Of a stretch of DNA of 64,000 nt, positions 1-10,948 are shown piece by piece. The number at the start of each line of letters is the position of its first letter. Within the stretch, counting starts at the first letter, position 1. Location of the stretch: the NCBI GenBank assembly GCA_018821305.1, contig JAHJMN010000048.1, positions 2,575 through 66,574 on the forward strand, in the 5' to 3' direction. The stretch comes from Myxococcota bacterium (GTDB lineage Bacteria; Myxococcota_A; Polyangia; HGW-17). A program made the translations under genes and the position numbers. The notes beneath the pieces were generated by a model. That model ran no database searches, was not told the origin of the DNA, and saw nothing but the letters and a program-made list of their open reading frames with translations.

Positions 1-897
1 TCGCTCTTGCAAGTGTAGCTCTGACAGCCGCTTACCTACGATGGATTTATTGGTTACAAGATATCTTCGGTCCACAAGAATTGATGTGCGTTCCTTCCAT
101 GGAATCTTCTTGCTCCATTGTTCCCCAAGAACCGTTTCAAGGTGGGCCAGAGCTGCTGGCTGGCCGATTGCTTCGAGAATATCATTCTGCAATAATACTG
201 TATTATGCTCGGGTACTACGGTTTTCCCGTTTCGGAAAATTCTCGCGATAGTAACACCTACCAGTCCCGGCAGATTCAACTCAGAAAGTTCTTTCCCTGC
301 TACTCCGGGATTTACCGCTTTAAAACATCTTGTCTCTGGGGCTGGATTTTGAGAATGCTGATAGTCCTCATAATCTTTGACCTCTTTATCGATATTTATC
401 CGCATAATTTTGGGTAAAAAAGCGATGAAAATCATCGCACCTGCAAAGGCAAAAGGATAGACGGCACCGAAGTTTCGCGATATTTCAGATGAACCGCTGG
501 AACCGAAGTGATTCAGCAGTGGTGCTAGAGACAAAGCATTATTATATATACCCGAAAAAAGCCCCCCTGATTCTCTGGGACTGAACCCTGAAAAGTGACC
601 GATTATAAATGTAACAATCCCGACAAAAAAGGTCATTATCAAAGCAATAAAGGATAGTTTTATCCCATCTTTTTTAAAATTCTCAATAAATCCCGGCCCA
701 ATTTGTAAAGCGATTCCATAAATGAACAAAGCGAGCCCGAATTCCATTATTATCGGATTTATAACATGACCATAGTGTCCAAAAATCATGCCAACTATCA
801 ATATTCCAAGACTTTCGAGGTAAAAGCCCTTTATTGGAATACTTCCAAGAAGACTACCTGTCGATAGAACTAACAATAATATAAGTATCTGTGACAC
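1..897 (-). CDS. YidE/YbjL (AspT-family) transporter with TrkA-C domain, truncated at left edge
   Basis: Missing from the ORF track. Manual translation from GTG at 897 (AAGGA upstream) is open to position 1: MSQILILLLVLSTGSLLGSIPIKG...FGLALFIYGIALQIGPGFIENFKKDG, then TrkA-C-like VTIARIFRNGK...LLQNDILEAIG...VGKRLSELHL. Confidence 0.85.
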   Translation of the reverse strand, partial: MSQILILLLVLSTGSLLGSIPIKGFYLESLGILIVGMIFGHYGHVINPIIMEFGLALFIYGIALQIGPGFIENFKKDGIKLSFIALIMTFFVGIVTFIIGHFSGFSPRESGGLFSGIYNNALSLAPLLNHFGSSGSSEISRNFGAVYPFAFAGAMIFIAFLPKIMRINIDKEVKDYEDYQHSQNPAPETRCFKAVNPGVAGKELSELNLPGLVGVTIARIFRNGKTVVPEHNTVLLQNDILEAIGQPAALAHLETVLGEQWSKKIPWKERTSILVDRRYLVTNKSIVGKRLSELHLQER

Positions 898-1080
898 GAA
901 ATTCCTTTTTTTACATTAAAAGTAGAAAACAAAATCTCTTTAAAAGGAAAGTTTATTCCCTTTACTAACTTTCTACGGGGGATAAAGTGACCAATTGTTT
1001 TGATTTGTCAAGTCAATTTCGATTTTCCCAATTTGAATCGTATATTTTTTAGACTATGAAAATATTTTTTTCTTATAAAT

Positions 1081-2808
1081 TCATAGACTAAGGAGCTTCT
1101 TTAGAGGCATATCAGCGGGTGATAGCAAAAGTTTTCCGTTTTTGACAGGAAGGTATCTGCAGAAAATGGACCCAGAAGGAATAACAATAATCTTAGTAAT
1201 AATATTCATATTTTTAAGAACTGATTTATCTGCTTTTACCGGACGACGTAGGCCATTATTAAATTCTACCCACAATTCGCCAGTACTTAGAACGCTGTTT
1301 TCCTGACGAAAAAAGTCTGAGAGCAGAGACCATGGACCACTGAGTTCAGAAGGCATTGATAAATATTTTCCCAGATAAAATACTGCGAGTGAAAGCCATG
1401 CTTCGCGAATTGAGGGGGTCTTTCCTTTAATAGAGAGCCGGAATAGTTTTTTTATTTCATCAACTGTAACATTTTTAGATGGTGTCTTGAACGCTGAAAG
1501 CATTCCTGCTTTGGCTATTGTAAGAAGGCGTATGGAATCGCCTGAAAAGTTTACCAGCCCAGCAAGCTCAGAAAGCCTGCCTTTAAGCCAGGGCGAATTA
1601 TTTATTTTTAGATTCTCAAAAATCCCAAGCTCTCTGCCATGAATATTTTTTAGATATTTAACGAGGGACTTTTCCATTAAGATACGTGAAAATCGTTGAT
1701 TGAAAGATTCCAGAAAGCTGTCATTGCTATAATTATTTCCATCGGTAATGGCTAAGCCTGGTTTCGCAGTTCCAGATTTCAGCCTCAGAATCATATCTTT
1801 AACAATTGTTTCAAGATTTTTTGAAGAGCAGAAATCCGAAGCGCAACCAATACTTAAAACATGTCCAGTGTTGTTCAGAAGAACGAGACCTATTCTGTAA
1901 TTTTCAGACTGCCCTATGATACCTTCGCCTCCGGAGATTTTTATTTTTGAAGAATTTGTTAATTTTGAAGAAAGTATCATATAAATGCTTTCAGCCTGTT
2001 TTTGCATTACGGACCACACACGCCAATTGAGTGCTGCTCCATTATCAAAAACAAGTTCCCATGAGCTTGATTCCGGAGTGGATGCTTTTTCTCGAATCAT
2101 AGGAAATGATTGAGTTTTCAATAAGCGTTTGATATATACAGGGTTAATTAAATTACCTGCATCTATATATAAAGACGATGTATTCAGAATCTCATGAGTG
2201 GCTTTGTAATAAATTACTGATGAGTCCCCTGAAACATTTTCCCATGAAACCATATCAAGAGCTCTGATACGGTTATCCGCCATTCCAGACTTCCTCAATA
2301 ATATAGTATTCTCATACTGTGAGAATCCCTGAGTCCAAGTTGAGTTAATTGTAGTATTACCCCAGGTATCACTACTGGAATGATAAAATCCCGGCATAGC
2401 CGCGACGATCTGGACTCTTGTCAATTTAAGTGATGGAGACCATGGAGGGAAGGAAGTCAGGGCTGGAACTTCAAATTTTCCCGCAGAATCAGTTCGTACT
2501 GTTGATTTAATAATGCGGAAGTGATTGTTATCTTTCGTAAAGAAATAATTTACCTGAACTTTAACTCCAGACAGAGGCTTTTTAGTATCCGCATCCAGAA
2601 TTGTTCCAGTAAAAGGCCCATTAATAGACCCGGGACGGACACTATCTGGTGATTTTCTAAAAATCTGTTTACCATACGGACCTGAATACTCCCATGGTTT
2701 CTGAACATCCGCAGCACATCCCATTGATAAAACAAGCGGTAAACTGATTAATAATGAAAAGTTTTTAATAATATATCTGAAAATATTTGACCACATAGCC
2801 TGAAACAT
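1081..2808 (-). CDS. hypothetical lipoprotein with N-terminal carboxypeptidase-regulatory-like beta-sandwich
   Basis: 575-aa ORF; lipobox LSMGC; GTILDADTKKPLSGVKV...TDSAGKF pattern. Confidence 0.6.
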   Translation of the reverse strand: MFQAMWSNIFRYIIKNFSLLISLPLVLSMGCAADVQKPWEYSGPYGKQIFRKSPDSVRPGSINGPFTGTILDADTKKPLSGVKVQVNYFFTKDNNHFRIIKSTVRTDSAGKFEVPALTSFPPWSPSLKLTRVQIVAAMPGFYHSSSDTWGNTTINSTWTQGFSQYENTILLRKSGMADNRIRALDMVSWENVSGDSSVIYYKATHEILNTSSLYIDAGNLINPVYIKRLLKTQSFPMIREKASTPESSSWELVFDNGAALNWRVWSVMQKQAESIYMILSSKLTNSSKIKISGGEGIIGQSENYRIGLVLLNNTGHVLSIGCASDFCSSKNLETIVKDMILRLKSGTAKPGLAITDGNNYSNDSFLESFNQRFSRILMEKSLVKYLKNIHGRELGIFENLKINNSPWLKGRLSELAGLVNFSGDSIRLLTIAKAGMLSAFKTPSKNVTVDEIKKLFRLSIKGKTPSIREAWLSLAVFYLGKYLSMPSELSGPWSLLSDFFRQENSVLSTGELWVEFNNGLRRPVKADKSVLKNMNIITKIIVIPSGSIFCRYLPVKNGKLLLSPADMPLKKLLSL

Positions 2809-2879
2809 CTATCTTATATCTCCGGTAATGTAAATATATTTGTTACCAGCAACTGCTGTCACAATGCGCAGGTTATACC

Positions 2880-4019
2880 ATGAAATGTCCCAATTGCGGT
2901 ACCGAGATTGTTCACGACTCCATTTTTTGTATGGAATGTGGTTATAAAATATTTGAAGCCCTTCACGGTGGAACAGTTCCAGTTCAAACGCCACCTGCTG
3001 CGAGTCCGCCTCCGGTGGAAGGTCATACAGTTTACTGTCCTATGTGCGGACTTGACAACAAGTCGACTGAATCGCACTGCCGCATGTGTGGGAGTAGTCT
3101 GCACCTGGAAGAAACCATTCAGTGCGAACGCTGTGGCAGTATGGTTAATTCAAAAAACAGTTTTTGCCCAGGATGTGGCGGTCGGCTCTCCAGTGGGAGA
3201 ATTCCAACACCCCCAGGCGGTCTTCCAGCGGTAACTGCCCAACCTGCCTCACCGCCCGTTGCACAAAAATCTGTGTCCCCAAATGTAACCGCACCACCCC
3301 CGCCGGAGCGTCGTGTTCAAGTTGCCGGGGTTCCAGTTGATGCACCCAAGCCGGTGAGCGAGGAAACAATTTACCCCCATCAGGCAAGGCAAGGACAGTC
3401 ACCCTTGAGGCAGATCAAAGTAATCTCAGGGGGAAGAGTTGGCGAAAAATATGATTTTTCGGATAATTTTACAATTGGAAGAACTTCCGGTGATCTTAAA
3501 ATTCCCGGTGACGAATCTCTTGATATCAGACATGTAATTATTAATGCCACATCCCGTGGAATCAAAATCAGGGATCCAGGAACTGTTAACGGTATTTATA
3601 TTAAGCTTGCCGGCATGACGGAAATATTTGATATGAAATATTTCTATGTCGGACCTCTACTTTTTATTTATGAGAACATCAATCCTAGAGAGTGGTCTCT
3701 GAACAGCATATGGGAGCGCGGTACCAGACTCGTTGGAACAACAAGATCCATGTCACCATGGGGGCGCCTTAGAATGATTTCTCCCGTGGGAATCACTGCG
3801 GGTATTTACCTGCTCTGGAATGATTCCGAAATGATTGGAAATTGTTTTGTTCCTCCCCCAGATGGGAACGATCATATCTGCCGCATTTCTCATCGCCGGA
3901 ATCAGGTTTTTCTTGAATCTATTGAAGGGGATATCTATGTTAAAATAGATGATGAAATAGATTTGACTTTACCAGTACAATTTAGAGCTGGAGGACAGGT
4001 TTTTGAAATATCAGGATAA
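2880..4019 (+). CDS. zinc-ribbon and FHA-like domain protein
   Basis: Three CxxC-x10-CxxCG ribbons (CPNC/CMEC, CPMC/CRMC, CERC/CPGC), Pro-rich linker, FHA-like TIGR...RH...DPGTVNG. Confidence 0.8.
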   Translation: MKCPNCGTEIVHDSIFCMECGYKIFEALHGGTVPVQTPPAASPPPVEGHTVYCPMCGLDNKSTESHCRMCGSSLHLEETIQCERCGSMVNSKNSFCPGCGGRLSSGRIPTPPGGLPAVTAQPASPPVAQKSVSPNVTAPPPPERRVQVAGVPVDAPKPVSEETIYPHQARQGQSPLRQIKVISGGRVGEKYDFSDNFTIGRTSGDLKIPGDESLDIRHVIINATSRGIKIRDPGTVNGIYIKLAGMTEIFDMKYFYVGPLLFIYENINPREWSLNSIWERGTRLVGTTRSMSPWGRLRMISPVGITAGIYLLWNDSEMIGNCFVPPPDGNDHICRISHRRNQVFLESIEGDIYVKIDDEIDLTLPVQFRAGGQVFEISG

Positions 4020-4518
4020 TCCGAGTAATGGAAAAACAAATTCCTCAGAAAGAAAGCTTCAATTACTGAAAGCTGACCATAATCTCGAAATTTTTCTCGA
4101 AATATGGTCAAGAACTCAACAATTGGCAATGGTTGTTTCTTTTATTGGGCTTTTTCTGGCAGCAGCTATTGGCGCTGCAGGTTATCTGCTTAGTTCAGGA
4201 CTTGCAAGGATGCTCCACCTGAGCGGAGCCATGGGCTGTCTTATGGGAAGTGCAATTGGAATAAACGTTCTTGATCGACTTAGCAAAAAAGCCCGGATTC
4301 CCTGGTTTGGAATCCTCATTTTTCTTGGCACCGTTATTGCTGGCCTGCTTGCAACTCACATGAAAGCTAAGGAATTTGGTGTAAATATTCTCTGGCCGCC
4401 TCTTGTAGGAGCTGCCTTCAGTTCTGTCATGACAGGAATCGTATGGAGACTCCGCGCTTCTCTTTTGGAATATGAAAGATATCGAGCACTTCTTGAACAG
4501 GCCAAAAATCAACTGTGA
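4003..4518 (+). CDS. hypothetical membrane protein (about 4 TM)
   Basis: 171-aa ORF overlapping the upstream stop; four hydrophobic stretches. Confidence 0.65.
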   Translation: MKYQDNPSNGKTNSSERKLQLLKADHNLEIFLEIWSRTQQLAMVVSFIGLFLAAAIGAAGYLLSSGLARMLHLSGAMGCLMGSAIGINVLDRLSKKARIPWFGILIFLGTVIAGLLATHMKAKEFGVNILWPPLVGAAFSSVMTGIVWRLRASLLEYERYRALLEQAKNQL

Positions 4519-4527
4519 ACGAAAAAA

Positions 4528-5232
4528 CTAATCCAACAAATTACCAATAATTTCTTCAGTATCCTGCTTCCAGAATTTATTAGCTCTTGGATTTGCAGGT
4601 GATGGATGTGGAATTTTCAATATCCTGCAATCACTGTCAGTGATGAGCCGACTAGCACATTCTGCCGCAAAATTGCCTATACCTATTACAACCTCAGGAT
4701 TGAGCATCCTGATAGTGTTTTTGAAAAGGTCATCACAAACTTCATATAGTTCCCGCTGCTCAGATTTCTTTAACTTGTCCGGTGTAATATTGCTACCTCT
4801 TTCAGTAAGAAATGCCAGAGGACAGTAATTTGCAACAAAGACCTTTCCTGCCATGTTTTCAGAACAATCAAATTTCTCTTGAAAAAAGCCCCACAACCGC
4901 CTGCCGCTGACTTCGGAACGTCGACAATTAAAACCTTCGATTTTTCGAACAGGGTGCTGTGCTGCTGGTTCATCTGTCATGTCGGAAATTTTCAAAAAAT
5001 CCTTAACAGCAGTAACTTCGCCAAATGGAATTCCTGTCTGAACCATTCCGAATGGACCAGGATTCATGCCCAGGAAAACAAGCCTGGTTTCACCACTTCC
5101 AAATTTGTCCAGATATTGTTCATAATTTTTCATAGCATAAACAAGCGGATTGTACACATGGAACACAGGCTGAGAAAATTCAATATTATCGAGTCTTTTA
5201 ACAACATCGGAGTGAATTTCATTCCAGTTCAT
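4528..5232 (-). CDS. SMUG1-type (family 3) uracil-DNA glycosylase
   Basis: Motifs GMNPGPFGMVQTGIPFG, EVSGRRLW, NYCPL and HPSPANP are characteristic of SMUG1. Confidence 0.93.
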   Translation of the reverse strand: MNWNEIHSDVVKRLDNIEFSQPVFHVYNPLVYAMKNYEQYLDKFGSGETRLVFLGMNPGPFGMVQTGIPFGEVTAVKDFLKISDMTDEPAAQHPVRKIEGFNCRRSEVSGRRLWGFFQEKFDCSENMAGKVFVANYCPLAFLTERGSNITPDKLKKSEQRELYEVCDDLFKNTIRMLNPEVVIGIGNFAAECASRLITDSDCRILKIPHPSPANPRANKFWKQDTEEIIGNLLD

Positions 5233-5299
5233 CTTTTTACCTCATTTATTGTTTGCATTCTTGCAATCAACTTTTTATATTGTAATCCGGAGAGGAACA

Positions 5300-5920
5300 A
5301 TGCAATTCAACGATAAACGCTCAATGGAACATATCAGACAACAACTGGTTTTTCTATCAGTTTCCCTTTCTATCCGAGAGCACACAATGACACTCGCTGC
5401 TGAAACATTAATAATAATAGAAGAACTTGATGCCATCGAATCAAAAAGATTTACTTTTCAGGAAGAAGCGACGGGAGCTCTTGCTCTTCTTCATGCTTCG
5501 GTAACAGATCTTCAACTTGTGGTTGCTTCCCTGGCAAGTCACGCATCAATGCTCGACAGATTAAACCCAACTCTTGGCCTCAGGACAAAGTTATTTCCTG
5601 ACGGGTCCAGCTATATCATTAGAAAATCTGGAACAGGCATTGCTAGTGTGCTGGATGATCTGAACCGTATTGTTAATATCTTAGACGTTCATAGAAATTT
5701 AGTGGGAACTCAAGACTTAAAAGGCCGTCTTGAGAATAGTATTGATACTGTAAAAGCACGACTTGATGAATATATAATGCTTAATGAGAGAGTTGACATA
5801 GTCTTGAAAGACATTGATATGTTTCGCAAACGAACCGGTGACTATTTTTATGAAATGGAAAAATCGCTGAAGAAAATCTATGGAGAAAATAAAAAAATTA
5901 TTAACTCACATTTTTTGTAA
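5300..5920 (+). CDS. hypothetical alpha-helical protein
   Basis: ORF 5249..5920; ATG at 5300 has a GGAGAGG RBS; no motif recognised. Confidence 0.6.
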   Translation: MQFNDKRSMEHIRQQLVFLSVSLSIREHTMTLAAETLIIIEELDAIESKRFTFQEEATGALALLHASVTDLQLVVASLASHASMLDRLNPTLGLRTKLFPDGSSYIIRKSGTGIASVLDDLNRIVNILDVHRNLVGTQDLKGRLENSIDTVKARLDEYIMLNERVDIVLKDIDMFRKRTGDYFYEMEKSLKKIYGENKKIINSHFL

Positions 5921-6071
5921 ATCTAACCAGTGACTGGTTGTTCTCAAATGCCTGCTTCTGCCCTGAGACTACCTGAAAGCCTGAAAAAAATCAGTCAACA
6001 TTAGAATGATCAGTGGCGATAAAGACAGGAAACACAAAATCAGAAAACTGGATACTCTATTCTCATCAAAA

Positions 6072-6878
6072 CTATTTCTTTTTGAGTCTGGAATTGGAGC
6101 GACGTCTCAATCCCACAACCTTCCATACCTTCTTAATAGATGGTTTGGCATATCTGGAATTACTCTTCACCCATTTTCGGCCAAAATACTGCGGTTCTAA
6201 AAGTGCAGTTCGATTCGGATACTCTTTTTTATCTGCTGGAGTGAATACACTCAAATGAAAATGATCAAGATGTTCCCTGTCAGAGTCAGGTGTTAAAATG
6301 CTGGAGAAGTAATGTGTTCCCGCCAGATCACAGGCAAGTTGTCTCAGTAACCTGGCACCGCGATTTTTTGCATGACCTTCGCAAGTAGGACCTTTGCCAA
6401 GTTTGCGCTGATAGTCATAACTTACATTATACGTTTTGCCATCCTTGGTTTTTATTCCATAAATATCAACAGCCAGACCAGTTGAATGATGACTCAGAAC
6501 CGATGAGTTTTTGACGTACCGATAAGAATAGAACTTTCCGACAATTACGGTATCAATTTCACCATTTACGGAAAAAATAGGAGCTACCCGGTGCAAAGCA
6601 ACAGCAGTTCTACAATCCATGATTGGTCGAGCTTTCTTTTTGCCGTTCATATATTGGATATTTCGTATTTTTCCATCAAGTATAGTTACCGGAGTTTTTA
6701 TTGTTGAATACCAAGGGCCTGATTTAAAGTTAACACCAAGGCGACGAAGTTCTGCGAGGCACTTTTTATCGGGTTTGCGCTGTTTTTTTGATAATATTTT
6801 ATTCTGAGCTGCTACCGTGGAAGGAAAAGTAAAAAGAAATAAAAGTAAGGACGTGGTAGAAAATATAATCGTTTTCAT
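6072..6878 (-). CDS. extensin-like C-terminal domain protein, secreted
   Basis: Signal peptide; SHHSTGLAVDI and LTPDSDREHLDHFHL motifs. Confidence 0.8.
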   Translation of the reverse strand: MKTIIFSTTSLLLFLFTFPSTVAAQNKILSKKQRKPDKKCLAELRRLGVNFKSGPWYSTIKTPVTILDGKIRNIQYMNGKKKARPIMDCRTAVALHRVAPIFSVNGEIDTVIVGKFYSYRYVKNSSVLSHHSTGLAVDIYGIKTKDGKTYNVSYDYQRKLGKGPTCEGHAKNRGARLLRQLACDLAGTHYFSSILTPDSDREHLDHFHLSVFTPADKKEYPNRTALLEPQYFGRKWVKSNSRYAKPSIKKVWKVVGLRRRSNSRLKKK

Positions 6879-7047
6879 GGCAATCTTATACGCAATTATG
6901 GGTTATTGATTCAAGTATTTTTCACATGACCTTAAGTTTTAAAAAAAAAAGGTGTTCAACTATCGGATTATAGTAAACTTTTTTTCCACAGAAAAATTCC
7001 CTTGTTTATACTATTACTTTTTGAAATAAAAAAAACGGAGAAATATC

Positions 7048-9279
7048 ATGCGTTTTTTATTTTCATTTTCACTTATTGTACTATTCACGGTCTCTTCCTG
7101 TAAAAATAAAACAAACGAACAAAATGGAAATCCGTCAACAACTCGGTCCGAAAAATCCCTCAAATCATCTAAAAAGACCTCGAAGAAATCTCCCAATACT
7201 GCGGTCATAATGGATTGGACAAAAGTCCCATCCGGAGAAGGTCAATGGCCCTGGGCGGATCTTTCCGGAATGGATTCTGAAGAACTGAAGAGACGTGGTT
7301 TTAAAATTAATCTCAAAGAGTTCTGGTTCAATGGAAAAGGAATTGCAAAATCTGTCGTAGGACTTCCGGGTTGCAGTGGTTCTTTTATCTCTGCAGATGG
7401 TTTAATTTTAACAAACCACCATTGCGCTTATGGCATCATCCAGAAGAACAGTACTGCTGCTTCAAACCTGCTTGAGAATGGATTTACCGCTCAGTCAAAA
7501 AAAGATGAACTTGACGGTAAAGGAATGAATATTTGGGTTTTTGGCAAGCAAGTGGATATTACAAAAAAAATTGTAAGTGGATTAGAAAAATTGACAGATG
7601 ATTATGCAGTGGGGAAAGAAATTGAAAAAAGAGTAAGCGCTGAAATTAGCGAATGCGAAAAGGATGGCACGTCCCGATGCCAGATAAGCAGAGAGAATAA
7701 AGGACTTCGGTACATTCTTCTTCGCAATTTCCTCATTCGGGACGTCAGACTTGTTGCCGCACCTCCCAAAAGTATAGGTGAATTTGGTGGCGAGGTTGAC
7801 AATTGGAGGTGGCCCAGGCATACTCTGGATTTCACAATTCTGAGAGCGTACGTTGCTCCAGATGGAAAAACTGCTTCTTACAGTAAATCCAATGTTCCTT
7901 TTAAACCTGAATCATGGCTAAAAATTGATAACAATGGACTTAATGAAGGAGATCCTATAATGGTAGTCGGTACACCTTACAGGACGAACAGATATGCCCT
8001 TTCTTATGAGGTTGAACATGCTCTGAGCGTTTATTACCCCGTGAGGGAGCGTATTTTTGATAGCTGGATAAAAACTATTGAAATTGCAGCAGTGAAGCCC
8101 GGTAGCCGTATTGCCTACTCAACCTGGGTTAAGAGACTTAATAATGGACTGACCAATGCCAGAGGTATGATAGCTGGTTTAAAGAGAAACAAAGTACTGG
8201 AAAATAAAAAAGAAATTGAAAATAAATGGAAAAAATGGGTGAAAAACTCAAAGAATGAACAGTGGATTGATTCATTTGAAAACCTCAAGAAAGGCCATAA
8301 AAAATACAGCGAAGATGAAAAATCACTTCTTATCAATTATACAGTGACTGGAGTTACTCCTTTCAATTTAGCTGTAATATCGCTGATATGGCAAAGAATG
8401 TCTCTACTCCCTGACACGGAGCGACTTCCAGGATTTCAAGAGCGTGACAAAAATTTAATTCTTTCAAGATTAAAGAATTCAATTGCTTCGTACGATCCGG
8501 AAGTTGAAACGGCCGTCTTTCTCAATTTTTGTTCAATTAATCCGCAGACCCACCCTCTGTTTGAAAAATCACTAAAAATTGACAGGAAAATTTTACAAGG
8601 ACAGTTTCAACGGACTTCAACACTTAAAGTTAAGGATATCAGTGAAGTATTAACAACAGATTTTATCAAAAAAAATGAATCAGATCCGTTATTTAAGTAT
8701 GCAAAAGAGCTTGAAGTACATTATTTCAAATATTTACAGAATCTGACATCTCTAAAAGGATTCAATCAGAAGTTCCGTGTTCCATATCTCCAGAGTCTAG
8801 TAAAATTTCTTGGTAAAAAATATTATCCCGATGCAAATGCATCACCCAGAGTAAGTTTTGCTCACGTTGCCGGCTATATTCCTCAGGAAGGAGTTTTACA
8901 TACACCATGGACAACGATTTCCGGCTTGATTGCAAAAGAAACAGGGCGATGGCCATTTGCAATACCTGGCTCCCTGCGTGCGGTTCATTCAGATACAGTA
9001 AAAATGACACCATTCCGGGACAAAAATCTACTTGATATTCCTGCTTGCTTCCTTTCAAACGCTGATACAACGGGGGGCAATAGCGGTTCTCCTGTACTTA
9101 ATGCCTCCGGGGCATTAGTTGGGATTAACTTTGATCGTGTATATGAGAATATCGCTGGAGACTTCGGGTATAATCCTGCATATTCCAGAAACATTTCAAC
9201 TGATATCAGGGCTATTTTATGGTACTTAAAAGAAGTTCAAAAGTGGCCCAATGTAAATGAATTGATATCTGGAAAATAG
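7048..9279 (+). CDS. S46 family dipeptidyl peptidase lipoprotein (DPP11-like)
   Basis: Lipobox VSSC; GCSGSFIS..GLILTNHHC; DNWRWPRHTLDF; catalytic DTTGGNSGSPV; FDR at the S1 determinant. Confidence 0.92.
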   Translation: MRFLFSFSLIVLFTVSSCKNKTNEQNGNPSTTRSEKSLKSSKKTSKKSPNTAVIMDWTKVPSGEGQWPWADLSGMDSEELKRRGFKINLKEFWFNGKGIAKSVVGLPGCSGSFISADGLILTNHHCAYGIIQKNSTAASNLLENGFTAQSKKDELDGKGMNIWVFGKQVDITKKIVSGLEKLTDDYAVGKEIEKRVSAEISECEKDGTSRCQISRENKGLRYILLRNFLIRDVRLVAAPPKSIGEFGGEVDNWRWPRHTLDFTILRAYVAPDGKTASYSKSNVPFKPESWLKIDNNGLNEGDPIMVVGTPYRTNRYALSYEVEHALSVYYPVRERIFDSWIKTIEIAAVKPGSRIAYSTWVKRLNNGLTNARGMIAGLKRNKVLENKKEIENKWKKWVKNSKNEQWIDSFENLKKGHKKYSEDEKSLLINYTVTGVTPFNLAVISLIWQRMSLLPDTERLPGFQERDKNLILSRLKNSIASYDPEVETAVFLNFCSINPQTHPLFEKSLKIDRKILQGQFQRTSTLKVKDISEVLTTDFIKKNESDPLFKYAKELEVHYFKYLQNLTSLKGFNQKFRVPYLQSLVKFLGKKYYPDANASPRVSFAHVAGYIPQEGVLHTPWTTISGLIAKETGRWPFAIPGSLRAVHSDTVKMTPFRDKNLLDIPACFLSNADTTGGNSGSPVLNASGALVGINFDRVYENIAGDFGYNPAYSRNISTDIRAILWYLKEVQKWPNVNELISGK

Positions 9280-9286
9280 GGTTGCG

Positions 9287-10948
9287 TCAGGTAGCGGACG
9301 ATGCGAGGCTGGATTCTGATTCTGTGCAGTCTGTAGTGCAATTCGCTGGGTCGCTAATAGCAATAATATTTTCTTTATTGAAATCGATGCAAACACAGGT
9401 CGGTTGTGGATTGCTCCAACCAAATTTTTCAAAGATAGTACCTTTAACTGCCAGAGCAAAAATAACTGATGACAACAGGGCATTTTTAAGCGGCTTTTCG
9501 GTCATCAATCTTTTAAATCGTCCTTTAACATCCCTTACAAGGCTTTTAGTGGCTTCATTTTTACTGAAGAAATTCGCTGCAAAAAGGAAAGGACGCATTT
9601 GGGAGACAAATTCACCCGACTTTTCTGCCCGACGTCGAATCCAACTGTTTTCATGTCTTATACCATACTCATATCCTTTGAGAGCCGTCTGAATATATCT
9701 TAGAAATGAAGCACCATTAACTTGATAATCTCTTTCGAAAGCATTTTTCAGATACTGCTCTGATTCATCTCGTGTGAAATTGGGATGCCTGAACCATATT
9801 TTACTCTGACCATGTCTGTCTTCCATGGGAACATCTTCCAGCAACATTCCCTGTGATTTGTAGCTGTTATATAGTGGAGTTCCAGGAAGAGGTCCAAGCT
9901 CCATGAATTGAAGATATTCAGGTCGTAAATTAATAGCAAAATCAACATCTTCCCATATTGTATTTTTATCGTGATGCTCAAGGAACATTATTGCGCTTGC
10001 CAGTACACTGATGCCGCGCTTTTGCAGCTCCATAAAAAGCGTTTTAAAATCTGCTTTCTCATTCTTTTCATATATTTCATACTTTGACTCAACGCCTATC
10101 CATATAACGCCCACTCCGAGTCGGGTAAGGATATCAAAGTCTTCAAGATCCCAAAGCGTTTCAGCTGAAGAAAAAATACTGAAAGTATAATGCTTTTCAT
10201 GCTTTTCTATAAGTGCCAAAAGTTCGAGCATCCGATCTTTCTGTTTAAGAAAATTTTCATCTAGAACACCGAAATCAGTTACACCCATTTCTTTTTCATA
10301 TCTAAGGCACACTTCAAATATATCTCTACCAGTTTCAAGAAATGGTATATAATTTCCGAAATAATGAGATGTAGCACAGAATCGACATTTATTGGGGCAC
10401 CCGACCCCCGGTATCAGCACTCCTGCTTCCTTTGGAAGCGGTACCCCCATCAGAGAACGATTGTGTGCGCTGTATACAAGTGGATGTATTATTTTGCGAT
10501 CTTCCGGCTCATTGAATAACTTCCGGAGAAAGGAAAGTCCTTCTCCCATGCATACATGATCGTACTCCATTACTTCATGTAATTTTTCATAAGCAGTCCC
10601 ATGACCACCAAGTATTATTTTTGTATCCGGAGCATGCAGCCGAACTAAACGAGTCATCTCCGCGGCTTTCTTCATGTTCGGTACAATAAAACTGATTCCT
10701 ACATGCGTGTATCCTTTTTTAATTTCGGTAATAAATCTCTTAAGTGTTGGAAAATCCAACACAGTTGTAGGGGTGGAAAGATTTTCCGCCATAAAATACA
10801 ACCCAAAAGATGAGTGATTAAAACGATAGGAAAAAATACCCTGCTCTCTTGTAATCTGATTATGAAAAAGCTCCATTTTGTTTTCTTTGCGACCAAATTC
10901 ATCATCAACAGCATATGGTCCGAAAACTGATGTCAATAAAAGTTTCAT
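9287..10948 (-). CDS. B12-binding-type radical SAM protein
   Basis: CPNKCRFC (CxxxCxxC); N-terminal IILGGHG cobalamin-binding-like domain; DENF, GVES and PLPGTPLY motifs. Confidence 0.88.
   Translation of the reverse strand: MKLLLTSVFGPYAVDDEFGRKENKMELFHNQITREQGIFSYRFNHSSFGLYFMAENLSTPTTVLDFPTLKRFITEIKKGYTHVGISFIVPNMKKAAEMTRLVRLHAPDTKIILGGHGTAYEKLHEVMEYDHVCMGEGLSFLRKLFNEPEDRKIIHPLVYSAHNRSLMGVPLPKEAGVLIPGVGCPNKCRFCATSHYFGNYIPFLETGRDIFEVCLRYEKEMGVTDFGVLDENFLKQKDRMLELLALIEKHEKHYTFSIFSSAETLWDLEDFDILTRLGVGVIWIGVESKYEIYEKNEKADFKTLFMELQKRGISVLASAIMFLEHHDKNTIWEDVDFAINLRPEYLQFMELGPLPGTPLYNSYKSQGMLLEDVPMEDRHGQSKIWFRHPNFTRDESEQYLKNAFERDYQVNGASFLRYIQTALKGYEYGIRHENSWIRRRAEKSGEFVSQMRPFLFAANFFSKNEATKSLVRDVKGRFKRLMTEKPLKNALLSSVIFALAVKGTIFEKFGWSNPQPTCVCIDFNKENIIAISDPANCTTDCTESESSLASSAT

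Noticed and set aside
41-417. Plus-strand ORFs 41..352 and 205..417
   Set aside because: Antisense shadows of the YidE/AspT-family gene.
4528-5232. SMUG1 as a eukaryote-derived novelty
   Set aside because: Bacterial SMUG1 homologues are already established, e.g. in Geobacter.
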